A stretch of DNA of 64,000 nucleotides from a virus (lineage: Duplodnaviria > Caudoviricetes). The stretch's first letter is position 1. The number at the start of each line of letters is the position of its first letter. The DNA lies in IMG/VR virus record IMGVR_UViG_3300031993_000008, positions 32,001-96,000 of that record. One strand, 5' to 3'. A program made the translations under genes and the position numbers. Shown in pieces: positions 10,256 to 19,521 of the stretch. A model generated the notes under the pieces. That model saw nothing but the letters and a program-made list of their open reading frames with translations, was not told where the DNA came from and searched no databases.

Positions 10256-12691
10256 TTATGATTCTGTATATACACTATATGAATCTGTTCTAAGCCATGC
10301 ATATTGAGAACCAGATCCAGAATAATTTGGTAATTCTATTGCTATAAGTCTCATACATTGAAATGTTCCAACACCACTATTAGTATTACCTCCAACATAA
10401 CCATTATCATTATTGGCTGGACGTATTACCATTGCATTTGTTGGGGGGGTTCCAGTAGTATAATAATCAACCCCATTATGTCCTACACTTATTGTTTTTT
10501 TGGGAATAAAATTCAAAACATTTAATTCCATTCCTACCATATCTGCGGTTATACTTGGAGTTCTAACATCAAATATAAGACCCACACCAGAAGGTACAGG
10601 TGGTATATATGTTATTTCTACATTTTTTTTAATTTTATTAAGATCTATTACATAATATGGTTCTCCATTTCTTTCACCAATTTGAGTTGCATATTCCTGC
10701 CAATTACTTGATGTTATTTTAAAATATCTATTAATAACTCCAGATACATTTGCTTTTTCAGCATAAAATGTACCATCCTCATATACCCTGAATGGAGCAG
10801 ATGCTGTATCAGCACTTCCGGCGAAGAATCTCAAATCATTTCCACTTGTGGAACCACCCATCATACCGGCAGTAACATTATTACTTGAATCAGCAGCAAA
10901 TACATTTCCTGTCAAAACAAGACCCCCACTTATAGCAGTTTTACCAAATGCCCTGGTCAACCATCCATCTGAATATGATGCAACACTTGAAAGGTCTGAT
11001 TTTGTAGCATAATTACTTAAAGCATATCCCAAAGCAGTTGATGTGGTATAATTACTCAATGCAGTAGTTAATGTTGAGGTATTAATATAACCAGCAACAC
11101 TACCAGCACTTTGAACAAGACTATTAAATTGTGATGTAGCAGAAGAGTTGGGTGCGATTGTCAATGATGTCGCTTCAATTGTACCTGTAATATGAGCATT
11201 TGTAGCATAAAAAGAACCATCCTCATATACTCTGAATGGTGCAGAACCTCTACTACTTAAATTACTACTTCCAGCAAAAATCCTCAAATCATTTCCACTT
11301 GTGTTTCCACCCATTATACCGGCAGTAATATAACTACTTGCATCAGCCACAAATACATTTCCTGTCAAAACAAGACCACTATTCATATTTACCTTACTCA
11401 ATGCACTTGTCAACCATGTATCATCATATTCATCCGGAACTTCTGATTTTTTTGCATAAGTACTCAATGTATTGTTTAAAGTGGATGTTGTAGTATAATT
11501 ACTCAATGCAGAATTGGTAATAAAACCTGTATCATTGGAAAGGTCACTTATTTTTTCAGGTATTTCTGATTTTTCTGCCCAGGTGGTACCACCTGCTGAC
11601 AATACAAGACTATTAAATGTTGATTCTGCTGATGAATTTGGTGCAATTGTCAATGATGTTGCTGTAATGGCACCATTGATGGAAACATTACCATTTGAAT
11701 CAATATTGAAGTTTGATGATGTTATTTCAAACTTTCCACCACTTTTTATCTTCAAATCACCACCACTTTCAATATTAAAACCACCACCACTCTTGATGTT
11801 TACATTTCCACCACTATTAATACTCAAATCATGATTGGCAGATATATTGATATGATCAGCATTGAGTTTGACTTCAGAACCTTCTGAATTTGCTTGAGCA
11901 ATTATAGCAGCAGAAATTTTCTTTCCTTCATCATTTGTAACTTGTGTCACAATATCCAACTGTGCCATATCTTCAGCAACCTTTGTTGAAAATCCAACAA
12001 GTTCTGTTGAAACAGTTTTGAATACAGACTCACATAATGTCATAAATCCTTTCAAAACATTGGGGTCTGACAAACCTGCACCATTTGGATCAAATTGAGA
12101 TTTTTCAAAAGGAGTCAAAGAATTGTAATATTCCTTCAAATTCTTATATTCTGACCTTTCTCCATTTACATAAACAAAATATTCATTTCCAGAATATTCT
12201 ACAGTATAAAACTTGCTGTTTGCTGTAATTATGTTTGATTCTGCCTGATTTTCTTGAGCATTTGATTTATAATCATTAAATGTTGTAGATACTACATATC
12301 CCTCTAATTTCTCATTAACAGCAGATGTTTTGGCATAGTCATTCATTGCTGCACCAAACTCCTGTCCAGCCAATGCCCTGATTGCAAGACCAACCTCACT
12401 GTCTAAATTAGAAATGGCATTTGCAATCTGCCCCTGGATATTATCCATATTTGGTAAATTATCAAACTTATCATCAACACTTTCAATAGCCCTTCTCATT
12501 TCAATACCATCCAATTGAAACAGATTTTGGATGGCATCTATTTTATCTTCTATCTGTTTAGTATATCTCTGCCACCTAAGATCATTCTGTTCATCAACTT
12601 CAGAAAGTGTATTGAAATTGTGATTGATTTTAGACATTGATTCAGAAATAAGGTCTGAACCTTTTATTTCAATGATTGAGTCTTTAGCCAT
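10256..12691 (-). CDS. Putative tail fibre/structural protein with internal duplication
   Basis: Coiled-coil N-terminus, beta-rich I-x-S-G-G repeats, two copies of a ~150-aa unit ending APFRVYEDG. Confidence 0.6.
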   Translation of the reverse strand: MAKDSIIEIKGSDLISESMSKINHNFNTLSEVDEQNDLRWQRYTKQIEDKIDAIQNLFQLDGIEMRRAIESVDDKFDNLPNMDNIQGQIANAISNLDSEVGLAIRALAGQEFGAAMNDYAKTSAVNEKLEGYVVSTTFNDYKSNAQENQAESNIITANSKFYTVEYSGNEYFVYVNGERSEYKNLKEYYNSLTPFEKSQFDPNGAGLSDPNVLKGFMTLCESVFKTVSTELVGFSTKVAEDMAQLDIVTQVTNDEGKKISAAIIAQANSEGSEVKLNADHINISANHDLSINSGGNVNIKSGGGFNIESGGDLKIKSGGKFEITSSNFNIDSNGNVSINGAITATSLTIAPNSSAESTFNSLVLSAGGTTWAEKSEIPEKISDLSNDTGFITNSALSNYTTTSTLNNTLSTYAKKSEVPDEYDDTWLTSALSKVNMNSGLVLTGNVFVADASSYITAGIMGGNTSGNDLRIFAGSSNLSSRGSAPFRVYEDGSFYATNAHITGTIEATSLTIAPNSSATSQFNSLVQSAGSVAGYINTSTLTTALSNYTTSTALGYALSNYATKSDLSSVASYSDGWLTRAFGKTAISGGLVLTGNVFAADSSNNVTAGMMGGSTSGNDLRFFAGSADTASAPFRVYEDGTFYAEKANVSGVINRYFKITSSNWQEYATQIGERNGEPYYVIDLNKIKKNVEITYIPPVPSGVGLIFDVRTPSITADMVGMELNVLNFIPKKTISVGHNGVDYYTTGTPPTNAMVIRPANNDNGYVGGNTNSGVGTFQCMRLIAIELPNYSGSGSQYAWLRTDSYSVYTES
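10740..11671 (-). repeat. Internal tandem duplication (about 11671-11185 and 11183-10740)
   Basis: ATSLTIAPNSSA...GLVLTGNVF...TSGNDLR.FAGS...APFRVYEDG.FYA occurs twice and is conserved at DNA level; boundaries approximate. Confidence 0.8.
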
Positions 12692-12710
12692 AATCAGTCA
12701 GTTGGTTTTG

Positions 12711-12926
12711 TTATTTATTGAGTTGGTCAAACATTTGTGTATATTCTGCTCTCAAAGCATTAAGTGCTAACCTGAAATCTTCTTTTATTTTTCTAATTTC
12801 TGCATCTTTTTTAGAAATGGCAGTCTCTAACTCACCAATTTTTTTGATAAGTTCATCAATATTACCATTATATATATCTGGAAAATCCTTTATATTGGTA
12901 TCATTTTCAATCTTTGTAAATGCCAT
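12711..12926 (-). CDS. Small coiled-coil protein
   Basis: 71-aa ORF in late operon. Confidence 0.65.
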   Translation of the reverse strand: MAFTKIENDTNIKDFPDIYNGNIDELIKKIGELETAISKKDAEIRKIKEDFRLALNALRAEYTQMFDQLNK

Positions 12927-12938
12927 AACCTTTCAATT

Positions 12939-13232
12939 TTAGTTCTTATATCCTATATATGCTGCCACAGCAGTTGTGAACAACCTACTGTTGAACAAGT
13001 CATAGAGAAGACCACTGGTAATACCCAATGCCTTACATATTGCCCTTCCAATTATGGGACCAACTGCTGCACCGGTGATACCACCTACAACAGATCCGAG
13101 GATTCCTTCATCAACCTCCTCACCATTCTTTATCTTTTCAGCAATTGTTTCAACCGCCTCATTTATCATCTGTTCCTCTGATTCATTCAACTGGACATCT
13201 CCATTGAAATAATCTTCATATTTCTTAATCAT
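12939..13232 (-). CDS. Small putative internal virion protein with hydrophobic glycine-zipper C-terminus
   Basis: MIKKYEDYF leader, LNE/INE/VDE sites, then GILGSVVGGITGAAVGPIIG. Confidence 0.6.
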   Translation of the reverse strand: MIKKYEDYFNGDVQLNESEEQMINEAVETIAEKIKNGEEVDEGILGSVVGGITGAAVGPIIGRAICKALGITSGLLYDLFNSRLFTTAVAAYIGYKN

Positions 13233-13257
13233 ATAACCTTATAGATATAATATATAG

Positions 13258-13265
13258 TATTTATG
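13258..13265 (-). promoter_or_regulatory. Putative late promoter CATAAATA
   Basis: Exact octamer just after sheath terminator. Confidence 0.65.
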
Positions 13266-13271
13266 ACAAAT

Positions 13272-13304
13272 AAAAAGAGAGGGTAGTTTCCTACTCTCTC
13301 TTTT
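13272..13304 (-). terminator. Terminator after tail sheath
   Basis: aaaagagagggtag-tttc-ctactctctctttt. Confidence 0.75.
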
Positions 13305-13323
13305 CCTGTATATTAGGTTTTGA

Positions 13324-16185
13324 TTACTCATCAAATCCACCAGCTGCAATAGCACCAGTCTTGAGGATTGTGAGTCTCTGAGCGATAATCTCAAGACCAC
13401 GAACGATTTCAACATAAATGTCAATGACACCCATATTGTGGTCGATAACCTCAGGAGTATTGTTTGATGTATCCATTACAGTTCTGAAGTCATAGAGACC
13501 TCCATTGTCCTTCATTGTTTTGAGGAAGTCATCAACAAGAGTCTTGATTTCAAGTCTTGTCTCTGGAGTATTGAACTCAAATACATACTTCTTCAAGATA
13601 CTCTCAACACCATCCTGGATGTAGATAGCAGCCTCACGTACATGTGCTGATGAAAGTGCTGAAACAGGAGTCTGTTTTGCAGTCTTGTTTGCATATACCT
13701 CAACACCAATACCTGGTTCCCAAATAATTGAGTTGATACCCATTGGTTCAAGCCAATCTCTGTTGTCAGAGATAAGTGTTGCCTCAACACCTACAACCTG
13801 GTTACCAGAAATGACACCTCTCTTCTGACCGGCAACAATTGACCATGCAAATCCTCTGTTGTACTTCTGCATATAGAGGTTAGAAACATATGCTGCTGGT
13901 GGTACAGACTTGGCTGCACTGAGATCTGTGATTCTCAAATATGGGTAGTAGTAAGCACCCCAAGAAGCACCATTCTCAATCTTTGGAAGAGTGAACAGGA
14001 ATGAAGGATTCTTTGAAAGGTCACCACCCTTTGCTATGAACTCAACTTCTACACCACCTGTCTTATTGGTGAATGAAGGATCAAGACTCTTCTTGAAATC
14101 AAGCTGTGAAGGACAGTTGATGATAGCAAAAGCACTCTTTCTTGCCTTACACAACTGGGTATAAACCTTCTTACACTCCTCTTCAATACCAAGACCAAAT
14201 GTATCAACAAGGTATCTGAACTGGATGTAATCACGGTCAATAAGTGCCTTGAACAGATGTGATGTGGTTGATGGGAATTCAGGATTCTCACGGAGCATAT
14301 CAAGAATCTCATTCTGTCTCTTGTTTGAACCATCAGGCATTGCATCCTTTCTTACCTGGAAACCTCCAAGTGATATCCACTGGAATCTGTCAGCAATCTT
14401 ATCAATAGGAGTAACCTTGATGATTACCTTATCTTCAGTTGATCCTGCAGTCTTGTGAATCTTATCAGCACAAACTACAAGGATACCAGATTTCTTACCA
14501 TTGCTATAAACATTCTTTACTTCAACAACCTTTGTTATTCTTGAATGTCTGTCTTGATTATCATCCTCATCTGTGTCTGAAAGAAGGTAATCACCAACAA
14601 CTACATTAGCAGTCTTATCAAGGATAACTTCATTATCCCTTTCAATGTATGCATTTTCAGAATTTGCATCCAAATAATATGGACCATCATTTTCTGACTT
14701 AAATGCATATTCTGATATCAAAGGTTTAACATCCTTTACAATTTCAGTTACTGTTCCTGTTCCAATAGTTGAACCAACAGTAAGATATGTAGAATCTGTA
14801 TAAACAATGTCTTCATTTGTAGGATCTTCAGGTACTTCACCATTTGCATCCAATTTTACCCAAGCAAATGGGGTACTTGATTCTACAGAATCACCTTCAG
14901 CATATCTTTCATATACATAAGAATCAGTTTCAACCTTTACTTTTACCTGCTGATTTTCTTCCTCATATTCAAATACATAACTCAAGAAATCAAATGTCTT
15001 TGATTTAGGAATATTTACCTCACTGTCAGAACCAATAACATCATCACATATACTGTGACCAACAAGGTCAATCTTCTCATCAATAAAATTATCATCATAA
15101 TCTACTTTTTCAAGAAGTTCAACATTCTCTGTACAAAGAAGACCTACTGTATCAACATCATCATTGATGAGTTTCTGGATCCAGATATTCTTACCAAGTT
15201 TGTCAACAAAGTTAGGAATCAATGAACCAACATACTTTGCACGAACATCAACTGATGGGAGGTTCAGGAACTTAACAAGATTTGCATCATTCTCACCTCT
15301 GATGAAACCATTCTCATCAAAGTATGACTGATAAACAATATCTGATGAGAATCTCTTATATGGGTTAGTTGCAACAGTGTACATTTTAATCTCATCAAGA
15401 TTTCCATTAAAGTTGTCATCATCCAAATCAAGACCTGAAACAACAGTGTCATATGGTTCATTTCCATCTGCTGATGAAAGTGCTGGACCGAAGTCACCAC
15501 CTACAACATAAACCTCAACAAGGTAATCACTTACATATGAAGTACCATTGAGATATTCAGGTACATTACCTTCACCATACCATTCATTAAGAGTAAGGTT
15601 GTAATTCTTTGAATAGTAATCACTTGCCTTCTTAATCAATACTGAAACAGGTTTCTTACCAACATTGGTAATGTGAAGGACACCTGCATTCCAATCTACA
15701 TCCTCACTAGTACCAACATTAGCACCACCAAGAATCTTCTCAACAGCATCAAGATATGCCTCATCACTTGTATACCAGAACTTATCTGTGTTGTAAAGTG
15801 ACTGTAATGGAAGAGTTACAGATTTCTTGTTAACCTCACCTGAACTAATTGAGAATGATTTCTCAACAACTTGATCCAGGTCTGGATCAAGATTCAAGAG
15901 ATTCAAACAAAGAATTGGACCGGCACTCAAAGCAACCAATGCACTTCTGTGGAAAAATGAACCCTTCTTTTCAAGAGAGCGATCAATATTTCCATACAGC
16001 TTGATGAACTGGGCTGGAGAAGTCACCAATTTAACTGTATTGAATGGACCTGTCTTGCTAAAACCTACAACCAATCTAACATTAGAAATAGCTGTAATAC
16101 TGTTATTTGAAAGTTCAGACTTATCTCTCTCAAAACGATAAGCACCTGCTGATTTCAAATTAATCAATTCTGCATCTAAAGCCAT
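13324..16185 (-). CDS. Contractile tail sheath (T4 gp18-like)
   Basis: SAGAYRFERD, VVGFSKTGPFN, YYYPYL, PPAAYV, AGQKRG, FEFNTPETR, MDTSNNTPEVID. Confidence 0.92.
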   Translation of the reverse strand: MALDAELINLKSAGAYRFERDKSELSNNSITAISNVRLVVGFSKTGPFNTVKLVTSPAQFIKLYGNIDRSLEKKGSFFHRSALVALSAGPILCLNLLNLDPDLDQVVEKSFSISSGEVNKKSVTLPLQSLYNTDKFWYTSDEAYLDAVEKILGGANVGTSEDVDWNAGVLHITNVGKKPVSVLIKKASDYYSKNYNLTLNEWYGEGNVPEYLNGTSYVSDYLVEVYVVGGDFGPALSSADGNEPYDTVVSGLDLDDDNFNGNLDEIKMYTVATNPYKRFSSDIVYQSYFDENGFIRGENDANLVKFLNLPSVDVRAKYVGSLIPNFVDKLGKNIWIQKLINDDVDTVGLLCTENVELLEKVDYDDNFIDEKIDLVGHSICDDVIGSDSEVNIPKSKTFDFLSYVFEYEEENQQVKVKVETDSYVYERYAEGDSVESSTPFAWVKLDANGEVPEDPTNEDIVYTDSTYLTVGSTIGTGTVTEIVKDVKPLISEYAFKSENDGPYYLDANSENAYIERDNEVILDKTANVVVGDYLLSDTDEDDNQDRHSRITKVVEVKNVYSNGKKSGILVVCADKIHKTAGSTEDKVIIKVTPIDKIADRFQWISLGGFQVRKDAMPDGSNKRQNEILDMLRENPEFPSTTSHLFKALIDRDYIQFRYLVDTFGLGIEEECKKVYTQLCKARKSAFAIINCPSQLDFKKSLDPSFTNKTGGVEVEFIAKGGDLSKNPSFLFTLPKIENGASWGAYYYPYLRITDLSAAKSVPPAAYVSNLYMQKYNRGFAWSIVAGQKRGVISGNQVVGVEATLISDNRDWLEPMGINSIIWEPGIGVEVYANKTAKQTPVSALSSAHVREAAIYIQDGVESILKKYVFEFNTPETRLEIKTLVDDFLKTMKDNGGLYDFRTVMDTSNNTPEVIDHNMGVIDIYVEIVRGLEIIAQRLTILKTGAIAAGGFDE

Positions 16186-16213
16186 AATATTTACTTTTTA
16201 TTGTATTATAAGT

Positions 16214-16276
16214 TATTTATGTAAAAACATTTTTGGTCTTGGGTATCCCAATTCCACATTTATACTTTCATAAATA
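16214..16276. promoter_or_regulatory. Back-to-back late promoters for sheath (-, 16214-16221) and tube (+, 16269-16276)
   Basis: Two CATAAATA octamers in opposite orientation. Confidence 0.7.
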
Positions 16277-16329
16277 ATGTATGTGGAGGCGGAGTCTCCA
16301 CTACATAAAAATAAAATAACAACAAGAAT

Positions 16330-16914
16330 ATGGCACTTAGTCACTTTAACAATTCACATGCCGCAAGGAATAAGTGGGAAGTTGTAAACCCAGCGTTGTT
16401 TGAAGCTTCATTTATGCTTCCAGACCTTGATGGTGAAACAGACAATCTGACAACCACATTCCTTCTTGAACACATACGTTCAATTTCAGGTCTTGATGGT
16501 GTAACACCTCCAATGGGTACTGTGATCCAGAAGTACAAACAGGCTGAAAGAGTTTATCTCGGAACTCCTGAACAGACACACCTTGAATTACAGGTAGTAT
16601 TCTCTTTGAACTTAAATGATGCAAATGAGAACTACATCTACACAACTCTCCGTAAGTGGTACAACAAGTCATTCAACCCTGCAAATGGACAGTATGGTCT
16701 CAAGAAAGATTATTCAGGTTCAATGGTTGTTGTTGAATACAACCGTGATGGTTCAATCTGGAGAAAAATCAATTGTCTGGATGTAATTCCTACCCAACCA
16801 ACAGGTCTTAATGATGACAACTACGACAATGGTAATGAAGCAAAGGAAATTTCCATAACATTCTTTGTGGATAACTGGAAGGAAGAAACTGTTGGACTTC
16901 CTGTTTACGAGTAA
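16330..16914 (+). CDS. Tail tube protein (gp19-like)
   Basis: IYTTLRKWYN..NPANG..GLKKDY...VEYNRDG and ITFFVDNW motifs; adjacent to sheath. Confidence 0.75.
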   Translation: MALSHFNNSHAARNKWEVVNPALFEASFMLPDLDGETDNLTTTFLLEHIRSISGLDGVTPPMGTVIQKYKQAERVYLGTPEQTHLELQVVFSLNLNDANENYIYTTLRKWYNKSFNPANGQYGLKKDYSGSMVVVEYNRDGSIWRKINCLDVIPTQPTGLNDDNYDNGNEAKEISITFFVDNWKEETVGLPVYE

Positions 16915-16919
16915 ATCTG

Positions 16920-16949
16920 AAAGAGTGGGAGTTCTTTCCCACTCTTTTT
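16920..16949 (+). terminator. Terminator after tail tube
   Basis: aaagagtggga-gttctt-tcccactcttttt. Confidence 0.8.
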
Positions 16950-16979
16950 GTTTATTCCTATATATAATATTTTGTTTGT

Positions 16980-17705
16980 ATGGCAAAAAAGAAGAAAATT
17001 GAAGATCCCCAAATACCAGAACTGGTTATAGACAAGAATCCGATAACTCTTCTACCTCTCAAATGTAGAAATTCAAAACAAAAACATTTTTTAAGTGAAA
17101 TCAGAAATCACGATATTACAATATGTGATGGAATAGCAGGTTCAGGAAAAACATACATCGCCCTCTATGAAGGTTTGATGGGAGTTATCTCCAAGAAATA
17201 TGACAAACTGATTTTATGCAAGTCTGTAATTTCAACTCCAAATGAAGATATAGGATTCATTCCCGGAACAATCGCCGAAAAGATGGAACCTCATATAATG
17301 TCCTACAAGGGAAATATGAAGAAGATGATAAAGAATGAATCAGATGTCGAGAGACTCTTCAAGGAAAAGAAAGTGGAAGTTCTGCCACTTGCATATATAA
17401 GAGGTGTGACACTGGACAATTCATTCATCATAATAGATGAGTCACAAAACATCACAATGAATCTTTTCAAATCAATAATCACAAGAATAGGTGATGACAG
17501 CAAGATGGTGTTCCTGGGTGATATAGAACAGGTTGACTTTGACCAGGAAAAGAAAAGGAAACAATCAGCACTTCAACATATCATTGAAATTTTCCAGGAT
17601 GAGGATTATATGGGACACTGCCACTTCAATGATGATGAGGTTGTCAGGAATCCGATAATACCGAAAGTCATCAAGAAATTAAGAGATTGGAATGAAGGTA
17701 AATAA
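16980..17705 (+). CDS. phoH: PhoH-family ATPase
   Basis: GIAGSGKT, IGFIPG, PLAYIRGVTLDNSFIIIDESQN, GDIEQVD, VVRNP. Confidence 0.93.
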   Translation: MAKKKKIEDPQIPELVIDKNPITLLPLKCRNSKQKHFLSEIRNHDITICDGIAGSGKTYIALYEGLMGVISKKYDKLILCKSVISTPNEDIGFIPGTIAEKMEPHIMSYKGNMKKMIKNESDVERLFKEKKVEVLPLAYIRGVTLDNSFIIIDESQNITMNLFKSIITRIGDDSKMVFLGDIEQVDFDQEKKRKQSALQHIIEIFQDEDYMGHCHFNDDEVVRNPIIPKVIKKLRDWNEGK

Positions 17706-17734
17706 AAAAGAGGAAGGTTTGACCTTCCTCTTTT
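17705..17734. terminator. Bidirectional terminator
   Basis: aaaagaggaagg-tttga-ccttcctctttt between convergent genes. Confidence 0.8.
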
Positions 17735-17735
17735 G

Positions 17736-19502
17736 TTATCTTATACTTTCCGCTTTTGTCGTGATTATGTGTTCCAATCCTACTATTTCTCTCAAATAAG
17801 CAATCTCTCCGGCAAACATACCTTCACCATTACCCATATAGTATGTCAATACACATATATCATTAAGTACCTTTGCACCACAAACCTCCTTCAAGTAAAT
17901 AGGTTTATGAGGGTTACCATAACAACTCCATATGGCATCACCGAATATAAGGAATACGGAATCCTTATCCTTTCTCCTGATTTCATTGATTGTATGGGCA
18001 ACATCTTCAAAGTTCTCGGAACCACCACCAGGATTCTGACTATTGATATAATCCCAGGTCTGTGAAAGAACAACATCCTTACCCTTTGCCCTGAGCATCT
18101 TTCCGTTTATCTTTCTTGGGAGGACAATCTGGTCACCAAAACCATATACAATTACATCTGTATAAGAGAGTTCCTGACACAAGTCAATGACCTTTCCAAG
18201 GAAGGTATAAACCAAATCCTGATTTACAGAACCAGAGAAGTCAATAAAGCAATATATCTTCTGGATTACACCATGACCATATGTCCTGGTAGGAAGTACT
18301 GCATCTCTCCATAAGTGGTTCTTATGACCATATACAGTCTTATTCTTTGCCTTTGTGGTATCTCCCTTCATCACTGATTTACCTTTAAGGAAGATCTTCA
18401 ACATTTCCTTCCATTCCTCATTGTCTATCTTTGCTCTCATTGCATTTTTCACAACAGTCCTGGACAATGCTGAACCACCTCTCTTTTCACATTTCTTTTC
18501 AAGACCATCAACAACATCTTTCTTCAACTTCTCCATTTCCTCTTCAGATATGTCTTCTGATGTATTCTTGTTTTTGGTGTCTGTCATTTCATCAATATCC
18601 TCATCAGATATACCTGCCCTCTCCATATCACTTCTGAATTCTTCATCAGATACACTGTCTCTATGTTCACCGGCAAGTTTTCCTGAACCATCATCACCAT
18701 CCTTGAGTTTGTCCATAGCACTGTCAAAACCACCCTCATCACCATTCTCAAGTGCATCTTTCAGTTCAGACAATTTCTTATCTTTTGCTGATGTGTATTT
18801 TCCAGACTTTGAACCTGAACTACTTGATGAACCACTTGATTCATCTGATGATGAACTACCAGATTCTGAACCAGATTCACCACCTGATTCTCCTTCTGAC
18901 TGACTACCGCTTGACTTACTTCCAGAATCACCTCCAGTTTCCTTATCTTGTTTCAGTTTATCAATGGCATTGTCAATGGCATCCTTAAGTCTGTCCTTCT
19001 CTGATTTGTCAGAATCATCACCACTTCCACTTCCACCGGATGGATCCATATCTGATGTATCCAAATCTGATGTATCACCGCTGTCACCAAACTCATTATC
19101 CTTATAATCAAAGTCATCAAAACCATCAGAATCACCTGCCAGATCAAGTTCAATCTCTTTCTTAAGTTTCTCCAGGTCATTCTCATCCCAAAGAACCTTA
19201 TTCTTCTTAAATTCCTTATCCTGGGGTTTTCCTGACATCTTACCTTTAAGAATAGGGTCAATGAAATCATCTGGAATATCCATCTCATCAGTTGATGTCT
19301 GCTCATCATCCCCACCTTCTGACCTCAACTTATAGAAATACTTGGCAAACTTTTCCCATGCCTTTGCAAGACCCTGTTCTGTAGTCTCCATTTCTGGATT
19401 GATAGGTATAGACTTGACAACCTTTTCTGCCTTTTCTTCAACAGATTCCTCTGATTCATTGATATTCAATATGGCATCCAATTGTTCTAATATGCTTATC
19501 AT
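17736..19502 (-). CDS. VWA (MIDAS) domain protein with acidic/Ser-Gly low-complexity N-half
   Basis: IYCFIDFSGS, GGGS-E-NF, LIFGDA. Confidence 0.75.
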   Translation of the reverse strand: MISILEQLDAILNINESEESVEEKAEKVVKSIPINPEMETTEQGLAKAWEKFAKYFYKLRSEGGDDEQTSTDEMDIPDDFIDPILKGKMSGKPQDKEFKKNKVLWDENDLEKLKKEIELDLAGDSDGFDDFDYKDNEFGDSGDTSDLDTSDMDPSGGSGSGDDSDKSEKDRLKDAIDNAIDKLKQDKETGGDSGSKSSGSQSEGESGGESGSESGSSSSDESSGSSSSSGSKSGKYTSAKDKKLSELKDALENGDEGGFDSAMDKLKDGDDGSGKLAGEHRDSVSDEEFRSDMERAGISDEDIDEMTDTKNKNTSEDISEEEMEKLKKDVVDGLEKKCEKRGGSALSRTVVKNAMRAKIDNEEWKEMLKIFLKGKSVMKGDTTKAKNKTVYGHKNHLWRDAVLPTRTYGHGVIQKIYCFIDFSGSVNQDLVYTFLGKVIDLCQELSYTDVIVYGFGDQIVLPRKINGKMLRAKGKDVVLSQTWDYINSQNPGGGSENFEDVAHTINEIRRKDKDSVFLIFGDAIWSCYGNPHKPIYLKEVCGAKVLNDICVLTYYMGNGEGMFAGEIAYLREIVGLEHIITTKAESIR

Positions 19503-19521
19503 AATATATGTTCAGTTTATT

